Shown here one piece after another: positions 1 through 14,149 of a stretch of 64,000 bases of DNA. This DNA is from Girardia tigrina (Eukaryota): contig MQRK01244371.1 of NCBI GenBank assembly GCA_001938485.1, forward strand, positions 1-64,000, in the 5' to 3' direction. The notes beneath the pieces are model-generated. The model was not told the DNA's origin. It did no database searches and worked only from the letters and a program-made list of their open reading frames with translations. The first letter of the stretch is position 1; each line of letters starts with the position of its first letter. Made by a program: the position numbers and the translations under genes.

Positions 1-604
1 CTCGTTTCAAATCCCCCTCGTATTAAAATATTTTCGACCGTTACAAAATTTTATGCGGTAGCATACGGTTCAATTTCGCATTTAAACCCGCATATATCGC
101 ATGCTCATTTAAATTTTTTCTGACCGTTACAAGTAACTTCGAGAAAATTTAATTAAGTTAACTTGAATTTTTTTAATGTAAAATTGTACCTTAAGACCTA
201 ACAAATCATTCAGTGAAAATTTGAAGTTTCTATGTGGTCTAAATGCTGAGATATAGGCAAAAGTAAATGGCCCATTCTTGACAAGATGAAATACAGTGAA
301 GGTATATGAAAAGTGCTTAAAAAGACCAAATAAGAATAAATTATATTTTGCTGAAAAATATCATATTATTTACTATTCTTCATTAACAATAAATACAGTC
401 AATAATTTCATAAAAATACATCGAAAACAAAAAATAATTTACTAAAATATCGTTTATAATTTAATTTATAAAAAATTAGCTTACAAATTGTCAAAAGCTT
501 GAATTACTTTTTATACAATTTTTGTAATTACCAATATTTCTATTCAAGTTCCGAAATAAAAGGAAAATAATTTAAACAAAAGCTACGTTTTACCAAATCA
601 AATC

Positions 605-656
<52 letters not shown>

Positions 657-700
657 TTGATTTTTTTATTACTATTCCATTACATTTATAGTTTCTTTGA

Positions 701-1165
701 TGTGAGGAATATTTTAATTTGTTTGAATGTGTAAATGTATTGATGCGGTATGTTGATTTAAGTATGTTGAATTTAGAATGGTGATTCTCCCACCCAGATG
801 GAATTTGGTATTTTTTTTTATTTATATTTAAAGTGATTGACTATTCGAACACAATTAAAATTAAGTTTAATATTTTTTAGTAAAATTTAAATTAAATGCA
901 TTTTTAATAATTTGATGACATTTTTATTATTTTAAGATTTATTGAAAAATGGAAAAAATTATTATTTTTTTAATTAATATTTTTAGAGGCTAAATATTTT
1001 AAAAAATAATTTAGAAAAATTGTTCGAATAATCATGATTAAAAATAGAATTAAGAAAACCAATTAGAAGAATGACAAACGATGAAAGACTTTCTGAGAGT
1101 CATAATGATTCTAAATGTGATTGTAATAAAAGTTCAAACGCGACTTGTCTAAATGTTCTTAATAC
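701..1165 (+). mobile_element. Truncated, diverged LTR of the same Gypsy family as the LTR at 6144-6760
   Basis: Starts TGTGAGGAATATTTTAA exactly like 6144. Shares TCTCCCACCCAGATGG and a downstream block ending GTTCTTAATA (1021-1165 vs 6511-6660). Confidence 0.7.
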
Positions 1166-3789
1166 TTGAACTAAAAAAAACCTCTAGAAAAAAGGAAAGT
1201 TGTAAACAAATATTAAATAATTTGCATTACTTTGTACAAACAAAAAAACTGTTTATATTAACTATTATTTATAGGGAATAAAAATAAATAACCTTTATGC
1301 GTATATTACAGAGCAAAAACGATATTTGAATTTAAACAATTTATTTGAGACATTACAGATAGTAAAAATATTATCAATTCTGAAGTAGAATATTTTTGAT
1401 TGATAAATTTTTTTTAGAAATTCGTAAATAAAATAAATATTTCTTTTCAGAGTAATTAATTCGAACTTGGTACTCGATAAAACTTGTAATAACATAATTA
1501 AGGTTGATATATGAAACAAATATAATATTATTACTTTTCAACATGTGTCTGGTATTTCACAAAAAACCTTTACTAAAGTTATTTGATTAAATCACGTTTT
1601 GTTAATCAAATTTATTAAAAATTAAATTGTTTTATCATTGCCATTTGATGCAAATATTTTTTACCAAAAAATAAATAATAGACTCTGATTTATTCAGGAA
1701 AGAAACATGCCACATTCGGTTTTGTCCCGGGCACAGATTATTTCAATCAGATAAAATATTATCAAAAAACTAAATCTATTTTCAATATTTTCTTAATAAA
1801 TTTATTAAATTTGTATTTATCATTTTAAGTGTTTCTTTGTTATTCTAATTCTAATTATTTTCGATTATTGATTAATTAATTATTTTTTTATAATTAGAAA
1901 ATAGTACATTGTACATTTTTGGGATGTTTAATACATCATAATAAGGGATTATATCTTTTATTTCTTTTTTAAAAATCTGAAATTTAAAGGAAGACCAAAA
2001 ATGGTATATAAAAATATGAACTTAAATGTTGTTGAAATATTATTGTTTATTAATAAATAATTATTATTTATATAAATAAACATTTTAAGTATTGAAGGGG
2101 CTTTACTTGAACTCATTTTGAATGTTAATTAATTCTTTCTTCATTAATGAATATTAATTAATGGTTCTCGTAATTTGAATCAAAGACTTTCAGGAGAAGA
2201 GAAAAATTGAATCTTTGAAACAAAAAAAGTTATATTCCTATAATGAATGAAGTGATCAAAAATCTTAGTCATTCGACTTGATTGTGAATGCTCTTTAATC
2301 CAAGTTTCGAGATGACGATTTGTATCTACAATGTGGGCTTCCAATCTTTTTCAATAGTTTTGATACGTACACATTTTAGACGGTTCACCAATACTAAAGG
2401 AACCTAGCAGTCCATCGATAATTCTCATAAGGTGTCGTCAGGATCTGTTTATCAGCTTTCTTTGGACCTAATATAAATAAAAAACAACCACGTTCTGATG
2501 TAGCATGGTTTGGCATACTTTTGGCTGATCCAATGAACTTGGATCAGCAAGTGAATGGAATTTATAAGGACTTTGTGAATTTCAAATATATCAGTCAGTA
2601 TCTTAATTGCGGTTCAAAAGCAGTCATTTATTTAGCATCATCTGTTGATCTCATATCTACGTTCTGAATCTGGGTAGTGTTGGTTTGTCTTCATTGTCTT
2701 CTGTGTTGCTTTTTGATGTCGTATCTGGTATTCTGCGTTGCGGTTATTCAATTGGTGGTGTTCTAGTCTTTAAGTTCTTTGCAAAATGGCACATAAGTAA
2801 TCTTTGTGTTGAAAAACTTCTGGAGCAGATTTAATATCAAAAAATCATCATAATGAAGTAGTTTTTTTGATATACCGGTATCGTCAACTTCTTTTCGCCT
2901 ACTATTGATCAATTTCGGTAGATGTACTGTTGTGAATCATTAAATCTAGCGAGTCTCTCATTCTTAGTTGAGCACCATTCAATCTGAGTTCGTCTATCAT
3001 AAGTGGTAATTTCTACCAACAACCATTCCACATTGAATTTTTGGCATTCTTGCATATGTTGTTTTTTTCGGTCATTGATCCTCATGTCTCCAATCATTTT
3101 CTCTTTTATTACTGAACATAAGTTGATAAAACCTTTCCCTAGTTCTAGGAAAAATGGAGCCGCCTCCTAGAAATAATACTTATAAAAAAAGGTAAACCGA
3201 TGCAGACTGTATTTCATTTTATTTTGTCCTTCCTATCAATATTCAGTGCAGTTCTTGTTCAAATGTTGTAAAATGTTTCAATTTTTCTTATTAAAATTTC
3301 AGTCGTGTGCCAGTTCTCACACCTGTAGTAGAAAATACAGCTTTAAATAATGGCTTTTCAGTTTATGGCTACTAGTTTTCCGCATTTGAGAAAAGGTCTG
3401 ATGTCTAGTGTTACTAGTGTCATCTTATGCGATTAACAATGATAAATAATCGAATTCGATCACCCCTTCAACATCAGCATTGAAGATTCTTTTAGTTCGA
3501 TAAGGACTTATTATTTTTGTTTGACTTACATTATTTTACCTTTTCTACATAATTATATATGTCTTGCAATTCTCGTTTGGGGGTGACGACTTTTCTTTTA
3601 AATTTACAAGGATTCAAATTTCAATATTTATATTGGTAAACATAATTTACCTGGAGACACCGAAAAGTCCATAAACTGGTAGATTAACTAATAATGTATT
3701 TCTTATGCAAAAGAAGATTATCTACATATAGGTAGGTAAAATTTATGACAATTGTTGTATCGCTTGACTGTTTCGTCAAACATATTTTG

Positions 3790-4690
3790 TGCGTATTAAA
3801 TTTAACATGATATCTGACTTTGAAAAGCTCAGTGCAATAAAATTCTGCTTCGATCGAAAATAGAACATGATAAAATTTGGCGACAACTAAGCTAGACCTT
3901 AGATGAAGAGACACCATCTCGATCTAGAAATTAAAAGACGAAGAAAGAATTTAAGTGTGGTAGAACTAATATACACGATGAGGAAAGAAACTAGAGACAT
4001 AAAAAAATATGACGAAAAATTAGAATAATTTATGAATATCGTGAAAAAGGAACGGAAAGCGAGAAAAGAACAACTTGTGAATCCCTTAAATGTCAGTTAT
4101 GGAATAGTTTATAACATACTTCATTCCATTGAAGTAAGAAAGTTATACTCGCAATTAGTGCCTTACTTTCTCAACACAAACATGTGTGAGAAAAGAATTC
4201 AGTGCTGTCTAGAGAACCTCAAACATTCATACTGAAATTGGTGTTTGATTCCTCGATAAAGTCGGGAGAGAGGACAAAACTCTAGTCTTCCTTTATGTTC
4301 CAGAAGAAGTGAGTTCTCGGAAATTAATATGTGCATTCTCTCAGCGGTGAGAAAGGATGATGAACATTTTTTTGAATTTGCGTAGTGTTGTTCACACTTA
4401 CTTCACTGACAAAGCTATCAGAATAAATTGAATATACTACGTGTGTGTTGCATAAGAAGTCCGTAAGAAAAGACAAAAGCCTTCATTGTTAGACACTATT
4501 CATACTCAATGACAACGTGACCAAGGCGAAGTGACTTCGTGGAACTTTCTCATCTTCCCTGCAGCCCAGATCTTGCTTCAAGCGATTTCTTCTTGTTCTT
4601 ACACCTGAAAAAGCATCTTAAAAGGAAACAGTTTGCAGAAAGAAATGGTAGTTATCAAATTAGCAACCTTAGTCCGTAGCGAAAAACTGG
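3790..4690 (+). mobile_element. Degenerate mariner (DD34D-type) transposase remnant
   Basis: LNVSYGIVYNIL..RKLYSQLVPYFL (HTH2 plus a WVPHEL-like linker) at 4085-4170, and SPDLASSDFFLFLHLKKHL at about 4562-4620. Many stops and frameshifts. Confidence 0.75.
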
Positions 4691-4699
4691 CTGACTTCT

Positions 4700-5582
4700 A
4701 AAAATTAAATTATAAATTAAAGGGAAAGATGATCAATACACCAATACTAGCAAACCCAGATTTCGGAAAAGAATTCATATTGGACACGGACGCTAGTTTT
4801 GACACCATTGGCACGGTGCTATCACAGAAAAATATATATAAAAGAGAAAGAGTGATTGCATATGGATCCCACAAAATGAACAAACATGAATTGTGATACA
4901 ATATTACGAGAAAAGAACTGCTGGCAATCTACTATTTTACACAACACATCAAGCATTATCTTTACGGCAAGAAATTTCTATCAAGAACGGATCATAAAGC
5001 CATTACCTTTATGATGACGACAAAGAACCCAATCACTCCGCAATTTCAAACTTGGATAAATTTTCCAAGTGGATTGGATATGACAATGGAATACCGGAAA
5101 GGTAAAAAACACTCTAACGCCGATGCGATGTCGATAAATTCCTGTGAAATATGTGTACAATGTCAAACTATGCACGAGGAAGCTAAGAAGGGTAAAGTTA
5201 AAACAAGAATCCTAGCGTTAGACGATGAATCCAAAGGATTCAAATGGTAGAAAGATAATGACAAGATAAAGCAAATTAGATCAGATATCAGAACTGAGAA
5301 AACAAACAAATGGTTACTGAAAGATGATATAGTAATGACAATGGATAACAAATACTGGATTCCGAAAGATAATAGGACTGAATTCGTTGAAGATATACAC
5401 AAGATGCTGTGTCACGCTGGTAGCAAGAAAGTTTATAATTATTTGAAAGATGATTTCGATATGGAAGATATGAAAAAACGGTTAAGGAAATTGTGCAAAT
5501 TTGTATGAATTGTCAAATAAGAAAGACTCTAACAACAAAAACAAATGAGAAACATATTAAACAATCTGCTGATTAACCTTTC

Positions 5583-5613
<31 letters not shown>

Positions 5614-6143
5614 GGATTTCTGCGGACCTTTTAAAAGAAATATTAATGGATGTCAATACATACTAGCGATAATCGATCAATTTAGCAGATACATCAGTTT
5701 GAACGCCGTACGATTCAGAAGACAATTCAGAACAATTTGGGATGCCATGAATATACGGATGAAAGAGGAGGTCTACAAAATTTGGACGGAAACCCTGCCA
5801 GAAATAGAGTTTATGCTAAATAGCACAATTCAGGCAACCACGGGGATATCTCCAGCAGAAATAATTTTTGGTAGGAAACTAAGACATTGGTGGAAAAACC
5901 CCGGTGGAAGAAGACATGTCGAGAAGGAAATGAATAAAAGCACGACACAAACGAAACGAGTAATCCGAATTGGAGATAAAGTGCTCATAAAGAAAAAAAG
6001 CGTAAAGAAGGATGAGGATCGATATATGGGCGCAGCCACATTAATGAACCGACGACATGAAAGAAGTTACGAGATACAATGAGATGATGGTAGAATATTG
6101 ATCAGAAATGTGGAATGACTAAAGCCATTTAAATCGAGGGGGA
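4700..6143 (+). mobile_element. Ty3/Gypsy pol fragment (RNase H-integrase), disrupted, ending in a polypurine tract
   Basis: FILDTDASFDTIGTVLSQ, TRKELLAIYYFTQHIKHYLYG, HSNADAMS, HKMLCHAG (zinc-binding region), MDFCGP..YILAIIDQFSRY, TTGISPAEIIFGR. The PPT GAGGGGGA (6136-6143) directly precedes TG. A (TA)n run at 5587-5612 interrupts the integrase. Confidence 0.92.
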
Positions 6144-6760
6144 TGTGAGGAATATTTTAAATTTGGTATGTTGAAATCTGTATGTTGAGTTTAGTATTTG
6201 GAAATGTGTTTCTCCCACCCAGATGGAAAATTGATATTTTCGATGTTCACGATAAATAATTATTCGAGTATAATTTGCATTCTAAAGTACAGCATAAGAT
6301 ATTTAAAAAACTTTAAAAATATTAAATCGTTTCAAATTTTCATATTAAAAATGTAAATAAAGTAAATAGTTTTAACTAAGTTTTGAATTAAATAAATGTT
6401 CTTTCTTTATATAAAATCATTTTTTAAATAAAATTAATATGTACATAAAATTATTAATAAAATTACAAAATTTGAACTTTCAAAATAAAATCTTAAATAA
6501 TGAAAAATTTGTTGAATAATTGTTTATAAAAAACATTAACTAAAATTCATCAATTTAGAACGATGTCGAATTACGAAAGTTTTGCTGAGAGTTGTCCAAA
6601 AGACAATTCTAATTGTATTGAAAATAAAAGATCGAAAACCCATGTTGGTGTTCTTAATAAAAGTGAATTTACTTCGGGCGTGACCTACTGATACGGATTA
6701 GTGTAAGACTTCGCGTCCGTTGTATACTGCGTACTTAAAAAAGGAACTCCTCCGTTAACA
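6144..6760 (+). mobile_element. 3' LTR (~617 bp) of the Gypsy element
   Basis: Begins TGTGA right after the PPT, has AATAAA near 6656 and ends TTAACA at 6760 (TG...CA). The right boundary is inferred from this pattern. Confidence 0.75.
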
Positions 6761-8952
6761 GGTTAATTAAAAAATTAACAATACAATTTTTGATAATTAA
6801 GTTACATTTAATTCTCTAAGGCAATAAGAATATAAAAGATTTATAAATAGAGCAAAAGGATAAAATTTTTAAAATGTTAGAATTTTTCGTAGAGACAATA
6901 ATAATTTTAATAATAAATGTTTGTAAAACCAAGTTAATGTTCTTATTTATATAATAATGCATTTTGAAATTCCTTTGATATCAAATACTTTTTATTTTTA
7001 ATTATACTATTAAATAGTTTAGAAATTGAAATGCTGATGATGAAACATATCCTGTAAATATATTCTTAACTTATTCAAATATGACTGTAACCAACGTTTC
7101 AAGGCAAGTAACATACTTTATCTCATATAAGGTGCCTGGATTTAATTCGATCATTCAAATTAAACGATAAATAACAAAATAATGTTCAGAATTCACCGGA
7201 AGTTATCGAAACTATATATTTATAAAAACAAGTAAATAAAAAATATATATTTAGATATAAATAATTATGGTTTTGTTTGAATATTGTGAGTTGCAGATTT
7301 TGAGCGGAATCTCCATAAATTGTTCTAAGAATAATTATGAAAGTTTCCGAGGGAACTTTCGTTTTTGTTTCATACCGAATCTTTATAATGTCATTCAACT
7401 CGAATTGCCAAAATAATACCCAGTGCGATGTGTTCAATCGGTATACTTAGATGAACATTATCGGTTCCTAGGGAGAGGCACCCCTATGGGCTCTGCAGTT
7501 CCCGAAACTTCCCTTCGGACAGGAAGAGAAAGCAAGACGGTTCTCTTCACGGCTGTAAATTTTAATTTGATTTTTCTATCGGGGAGAAGTAATATTTAAA
7601 TTCTTGCATTTTAAGGAACGGATTCAATAGCTTACTTCTACAGGTGTTCTATTACAATAGTAAAAAATGGTAAATAAATAATCACACAGCGGATGGTACT
7701 CAGAGAAAAAGAAGAAAATAAGAATTTAGTATACAATAAAGAAGAAAAATCAAAATACCATAATTAGGCGATTTATTATTATTTAATTTAAGTTTTCAAA
7801 TATTTCGAACTGCTTCTTGATATAGTTTTGTGAATACAAAATTTTTTATATTTGATTAATGTCATTAATTATTGCAAATAAATAATTAAACACTATTGAA
7901 TCAAACACTGAAAATATAATTTAACTCTTTACTTTCAGAATAATTTAATTTCGACAATAAACTTTTCTGATATATTTCCTTTTTGGCTTTGTTGGGAAGG
8001 AATATAAAATATTTCATTAAAAATTATACCTCGAAATTTTTTTCCTTGTCCGAAAAGATAATCAATGACATTCAAAACTAAAACATTTTGATTATTTAAA
8101 TGAAAATTCACTGATTTTTATGATTTTTGAATACCGAAATTTTTGAATTGATTTTGAACAAGCGATCCGATATTTTGAACAAGTTTATTTTTCGAACTGA
8201 ATTTTTACTAGAACGTTTACAATACATGACGATTTTGAAAGAACATATATATTTTTTACAATTCGTTATCGAATTTCAATTTTTTGTGAGTGTCAATTTC
8301 AACGAATAGTTTTTCGTGTTATTATCAAATTTGCTGAACGATTTAGTTGTTGTCGAATTTGTTTAAAAAAGGAGAACGAAGACTTTATGAACGATAAAAT
8401 TGAAATAGTGATTTATTTGTCGTGAAAGATTATTGAAACGAATCAGAATATTTTTTAAAAACAAACTTTCTTGATTTGACTGTACTTAATTGGAAATTTT
8501 GAATGTAAATAACGATTAAAAAGCTTTATGATATCGAACTCAATCGACATGACTCTGCTACAACCTCCCAGTCTTGGGTGCAACTTGGAGATCGGGTGGA
8601 ACAAAATTTGAATATAACATGTAATCGTGTAGGAATAACTTGAACTCGGTTATCTCGACTGTCGTCTTTAGTCGAAGTTTTTCAAAGTCATAAAATAATT
8701 GTCACCAAAGAGAATATATTATTTCCCGCCAACTCGAAATTATGTTAATTTGAACTCTGTAAACTGACCCAACAGTTTCGATTTATACGTACTCGACAGT
8801 GTATTTATAAGTACAATATACAATGTACATCCAAAAATTGGGCATTTTATAGGTAAAAATAAAATTAAAAAATACACACACTGCTATTCCACACACTCTT
8901 TCTCCCTCTCGTAACAAACACACTCCTACCCAAAGTCATATATAATTGTATA

Positions 8953-10769
8953 CAGGGCGTCCCACATGGTATACCTTCGCTATTTTTGATGTTAAATTGA
9001 AGTTTAGGGTCTATTTTTTATTGACTAATAAATTTTTTTTAAATCTAGCATCATAACAAATTACGTAACAAAGTTTTTCAAAAGATTTTGGAAAAACAAG
9101 TTAAATAATGACTCATTTTATAGATTATTCAATTTTAACAAACTTTTTTGAAGTAAACATATGTCATAAAATGAACAGTAGCAAAGTTATTCAATAAATA
9201 TAAGTTTTAAAAATTTTGAATTATCGATATTTAAATTAATTTAATTGATTAAAACAATAAATCGATCAATTTGTAATTAAATTTTGATCTCTAGAATCCA
9301 TACCGTTTATTTAGGTGTTTTAGGTTCAACAGTGCTCAAGTTTCATCTTTATTCAGCAAAAATGAACCGATATTCTACCGAACAACGATGTTTTTATTGT
9401 TTTATTTTATCGGGATACGAATTCACCATCAGAAGCGGTTAAATTATTCAAGAAAAAGTTTGGAAATCACCACAATATAGATCCAAAGACAATTAAAAGG
9501 TTAGTAAAGGGATTAAAAATGAATTAAACTATTTTTATCATTATTTTAGACATCATTATTTGACAAATTTATGACTACTTGTAGCGTAATGGACGATAAA
9601 GAAGAGATGCAAACGAAGAAAAATACGGTTATTGCCGAAGAAAATGTTAAGAAATTTGAGGAATTGATCAAGCAAAGCCCTTCAACATCGATTAGAATGG
9701 TAAGCAAACAACTGGACATCGGCAAATCATCGGTACAAAGAATTATAAAGAAAGAATTGTCGTTTTTTCCACACTTGATTCAAACCAATCAACTTTCTGG
9801 TGAAAGATGTTTTGAATTTGCAAACCAAATGTTGACAATGGCAACGATATTGATAAAATAACGATATTGATTTCGGAAAGATTTTATTTTCAGATGAAGC
9901 GCACTTTCAAATGGAAGGATACGTTAATAAGCAAAATTGTAGAATTTGGGGATCCGAAAATCCACATTATTCCATTATTAAACCCTTGCATCCGAAAAGA
10001 TGAACTTCTGGTGTGGTATATCTTCAGAAATGATTATTGGACCGGTTATCTTTTCTGAAAATATTAAATCAACGGTTTATTTAAATATTCTTCAAGAACA
10101 AGTGGTACCTTATTTGTATGGTTTTAAAAAAATAAGCAACTTTTATTTCATGCAAGATGGTGCTAGATCGCATAGAACCTGAGAAGTATTCGATTATCTT
10201 TCAGAACAATTCGACGGTCGAAAAAATGGATTGGATTCAGAGAAATTTACTGGTAAAGGAATATGTTGGCCTCCTTATTCACCTGATTTTAATCCATGCG
10301 ATTATTTTCATTAAAATAAAGAACAAATAAAGAATGGTATTTATAGAATTCCAGTGGTTAATTTGGAAGATATAAAAATATCAAATAGAAGCCGGGATTT
10401 GAGAGATCGCTCCTGAAATGTTAAAAAGAAATGTAAACAACTTTGAGCAACGATTACGAAATGTAATTGTTTCAGAAGGATCTCACTTTGAAAATCTTTT
10501 ATATTAATAAATATTGTTTTGAATAACTTTGTTATTGATCATTTTAGGGCATACCTTTACTTCAAAAAAGTTGTTTAAAATTGAATAATCTATAAGATGA
10601 ATCATTATTTAACTTGTTTTTCCAAATATTTTTGAAAAACTTTGTTATGTAATTTGTTATATGATGCTAGATTTTAAAATTTTTTTTTATTAGTCAATAA
10701 ACAATATATAGGCGCTAAACTTCAATTTAACATCACGATTAGCGAAGGCATACCCTGTGGGATACCCTA
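8953..10769 (+). mobile_element. Tc1/mariner-superfamily element of the rosa/DD41D-like group with ~250-bp TIRs; pseudogenised transposase
   Basis: TA|CAGGGCGTCCCACATGGTATACCTTCGCTA... is mirrored by about 10510-10769. Motifs: FSDEAHFQMEGYVNKQNCRIWGSENP, FMQDGARSH, WPPYSPDFNPCDYF. ATG at 9362. Confidence 0.9.
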
Positions 10770-10929
10770 CACTTATTTAATAAGTATAAAAAATTGTTTT
10801 ATTCTTAACTCTTTAAATCTAGTGTGCATGTGTGATGTAACAATTTTTTAGTAAAAATAAATATGTTATACAGTACACCCAAATTGTCTTAGGTTACACC
10901 CAACTAGAAACCCTAAAAATCCATATATA

Positions 10930-12210
10930 TTAGGTTGGTCGAAAAATAATGGCGGTTTTTGGACACAAACTTCAAAGATGTGAAAATTCACAGAAACAAA
11001 AGTTTATTAATCAAAGTATGAACCGTTGGCAGCAATACATTTTTGCCAACGAAAAACAAGTTGTTTTATTCCATCAGCATAAAATGCATCGGTTCTCGAA
11101 GCGACGAATTCTTGGAAGGCATTTTGAGCATCATTTTGGTTTTTGAAAATTTTTTCATGTAGGAAGTTGTACAAATGCCTGAAAAAGTAGAAGTCCGTTG
11201 GCGAGAGGTCTGGTGAATATGGTGGATGAAGCAGGGTTTCATAGGCCAACTCATTAAGCTTTTGAAGAGTCACCTTTGAAATATGAGGTCTAGCGTTATC
11301 ATGAAGAAGGATGGGACTTGTTCGATTGACCAATCCCGGACAACGGGTTTTCAATTTTTTATGCATTTCATCAATTTCATGATAGTACCTCTCCGCTATG
11401 ATTGTTTCACCTGGATTCAAGAAACTATAATGGATGATTCCAGAATCACACACCAAACTGTCACCATAACCTTACGGGGTGTTAGTTTCGGTTTTGGAAA
11501 GTGTTTCGGTACTTCATCTTTGTCCAACCACTGTGCAGATCGACGTCGGTTATCATACAGGATCCATTTCTCATCNCAGGTAACAATACGATCAAGAAAT
11601 GGACCGTTTTTATTGCGAAGATGATTGGCAGAACAAATTTCATAGCGTCGGTTCTTTTGATTTTCATTCAAATCATGTGGAACCCATTTATCAAGTTTCT
11701 TGATTTTTCTAAATTGTTTTAAATGATCCAGGACTGTTGAATGACTAATGCCCAACCCATCTGCAAGTTCTCTGATTGTTGTACGGGGATTTTGTTTCCA
11801 CCATTGTCCTAAAATTGTCGTTGTTCACAGCAACTAGACGACCACGACCTTCTTCATCTTCAAGGTTTTCATCTCCATCAGAAAATTTTCGGAATCATCG
11901 TTGCATTGTGCGCTCAGAAGCTGTTCCCTTGCTAAACGCTTTATTGATATTGAGAGCCGTTTCTGCTGCTTTACGGCCCAGTTTAAATTCGTACAAGAAA
12001 ATTGCTCGAATTTTAATTTTTTCCATTATTAATTTAGCACCGTAAATATTCTAAAAAATAAAAGCAATATGTTAATAATGGCTATATGAATATACAGCTG
12101 GGCATAAGATTTCAAATAATATTTAACACTAATGCATTTAAACTTATATACATATCAAAGTAGATAAACAAAGTATAAAGCTCAAAAACCGCCATTATTT
12201 TTCGACCAAC

Positions 12211-12214
<4 letters not shown>
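10930..12214 (-). mobile_element. Full-length (1285 bp) cecropia-subfamily (Hsmar1-like) mariner; transposase 12026-11007 disrupted
   Basis: Perfect TIR TTAGGTTGGTCGAAAAATAATGGCGGTTTTTG at both ends with TA flanks. Motifs: WVPHDL, IVTxDEKWILYDN, LLHDNARPH, YSPDLSPTD. One stop and frameshifts. Confidence 0.96.
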
Positions 12215-12242
<28 letters not shown>

Positions 12243-12292
12243 NNNNNNNNNNNNNNNNNNNNNNNNNNNNNNNNNNNNNNNNNNNNNNNNNN

Positions 12293-12323
<31 letters not shown>

Positions 12324-12739
12324 AAATATTTAATTGATTTACAAACGCTATAAATAAATTATTAGCTATTTTTTAAGAAAAGTGAATAAGTATGTACAAA
12401 TATATAAACGTAAAAAATAAATCATATTTGTACTTCAATATTTAGTAACAAAACAGTAAAAAGTCATAAACTTGTCGAAATTGACGATAGTAATAATAGA
12501 ATTCTATAAAATATGAAAAAAACTTTAATAATTTAGTTATGAATAATGTGCTTAATGTTGATTACTTTGTTCTACAATATAATTTAAATTTTATAGTGTA
12601 ATAAATCATAATTCATAAAAAAATAATGAAATGTGTAATACCATAACTTAAGGACCTAAGTATTTCAATAAGAAACTTCTAAAACCCTGGTAATTATATT
12701 ATAATGAATTTCAAGTTATATTGTTGATCTTCATTTCAT

Positions 12740-13400
12740 AATTCAATATCAATTAAATAAGCATCGAACTATTAGAAATAAAATGTAAACGGTGTCAAAA
12801 AGATGGAGTTAAAATAAACTGTCCAGCGAGAAAATAAATAATTTTAGTTAGATTATTGAAACAACCTCCTAAAATACGTGATAATTTAGGTGTAAATAAC
12901 GAAACGATATTATATTAAATCGAAATAACTTAATGATCCATCAATCTTTGAAACACGATCATAAATAGTATTAATCATTAACAAACTATTCATGATTCAA
13001 GAATCTTGATGAACAGTATTCTATGGGTCATATTCAAGACATTGAGACAAAAGGTACGAATTAACAATCAACTGAAAAATTTTATTTTATCTATTTCAAA
13101 ATTTATTTCAGATTTTTTAGGGTTTAATTGAGAAAGTATTTAACGTTTTATGGTTTTTGAATTTTGAAAAATAGGAAAACCTTAAATTTGCATTAGAGAT
13201 ACAAGGTATTAATCAATATGAATTCAATTTTGGTATTAATTTTAAACTATGAACAAATGAAAACTATTATTTTTAAAAATCCACAAAAGGAATATATTGA
13301 AGTCATTCTCCAACAAGAATAACGTTTAAAAGAATCAAAAAATCAACAGTTAATTTATTTTATTTGTAAAAAAATTATAAAAAAATATATCAAAACTTTT
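12740..13400 (+). mobile_element. Possible highly decayed Mutator-like transposase remnant
   Basis: CKRCQKDGVKINCPAR (FLYWCH-like) near 12784 and RINNQL (RTNN-like motif) near 13057. Otherwise unreadable. Confidence 0.3.
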
Positions 13401-14149
13401 ATTTAAACATTGTGAAAATGTTTGAATAATAAACTAAATTATTTACAATTATTTATGTAAAATCACATGAATATATAATAAACAGAATGAACGGAAATAA
13501 AAATTAACTAATGTTTTATCATTAAGAACTTATAAACTAATAAAAACAAAAATGAAGGAAAAATCACTTTAAATAAAAATTGTCAAGATATACTGAACCA
13601 AAACCTTTTGAAACACTACTAATAAAATCTTAAAAAATAATTTATTTTGAAACTAACATTAAAATATGATATCTAAGTTTGAAAACCAAAAGGTTACGCT
13701 TACATTAAGGAAAAAGAAGAACATTCCTTCTTTTTTTATTTCAGAAAAATTCGAAAATTAATTATATAAAAATTATCTAACCAGTAGATAAAATTATATC
13801 TCTAGAATTAAAATAGAGATATGGATAAAATATCTTTTAAATTAATATAAATATTTTATTACCAATTTTTTTAATTTTATATATTTTTATTATTAATAAA
13901 TAATCTAGAAAAACTGAAAAATGTTGAAAATAACGAAAAGACCAAATTTTATTACACGTTCAAATGCAAGTGGTCAAACTACATTTAGATGACAATTTCA
14001 AGCGAAAAAATATGAAAACCATTATCTGTTTCACCTTTGACAATATTCTAAATGATAACGAAATAAAGATATACAGAATAAATTTCAAATTTAACTGAAA
14101 ACAGAAGAAAAAAAACTTTAAGAATGGAAAGAGATTGTTCAAAATTTTC

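Noticed and set aside
2120-3400. Coding-like stretch, possibly a decayed retroelement
   Set aside because: No diagnostic motif that I could recognise.
1071-6760. Paralogous ATG-initiated blocks at 1071 and 6563 (MTNDERLSES.. / MSNYESFAES..) as a small gene family
   Set aside because: Both lie inside the related LTRs, and the frames close early. Better explained as LTR sequence.
701-6760. Single intact LTR element bounded by the LTRs at 701 and 6144
   Set aside because: The two LTRs are too diverged, and no PBS, gag or RT lies between them.
7034-7052. CTGATGATGAAACATATC as a hammerhead
   Set aside because: Stem II is entirely missing and stem I does not pair.
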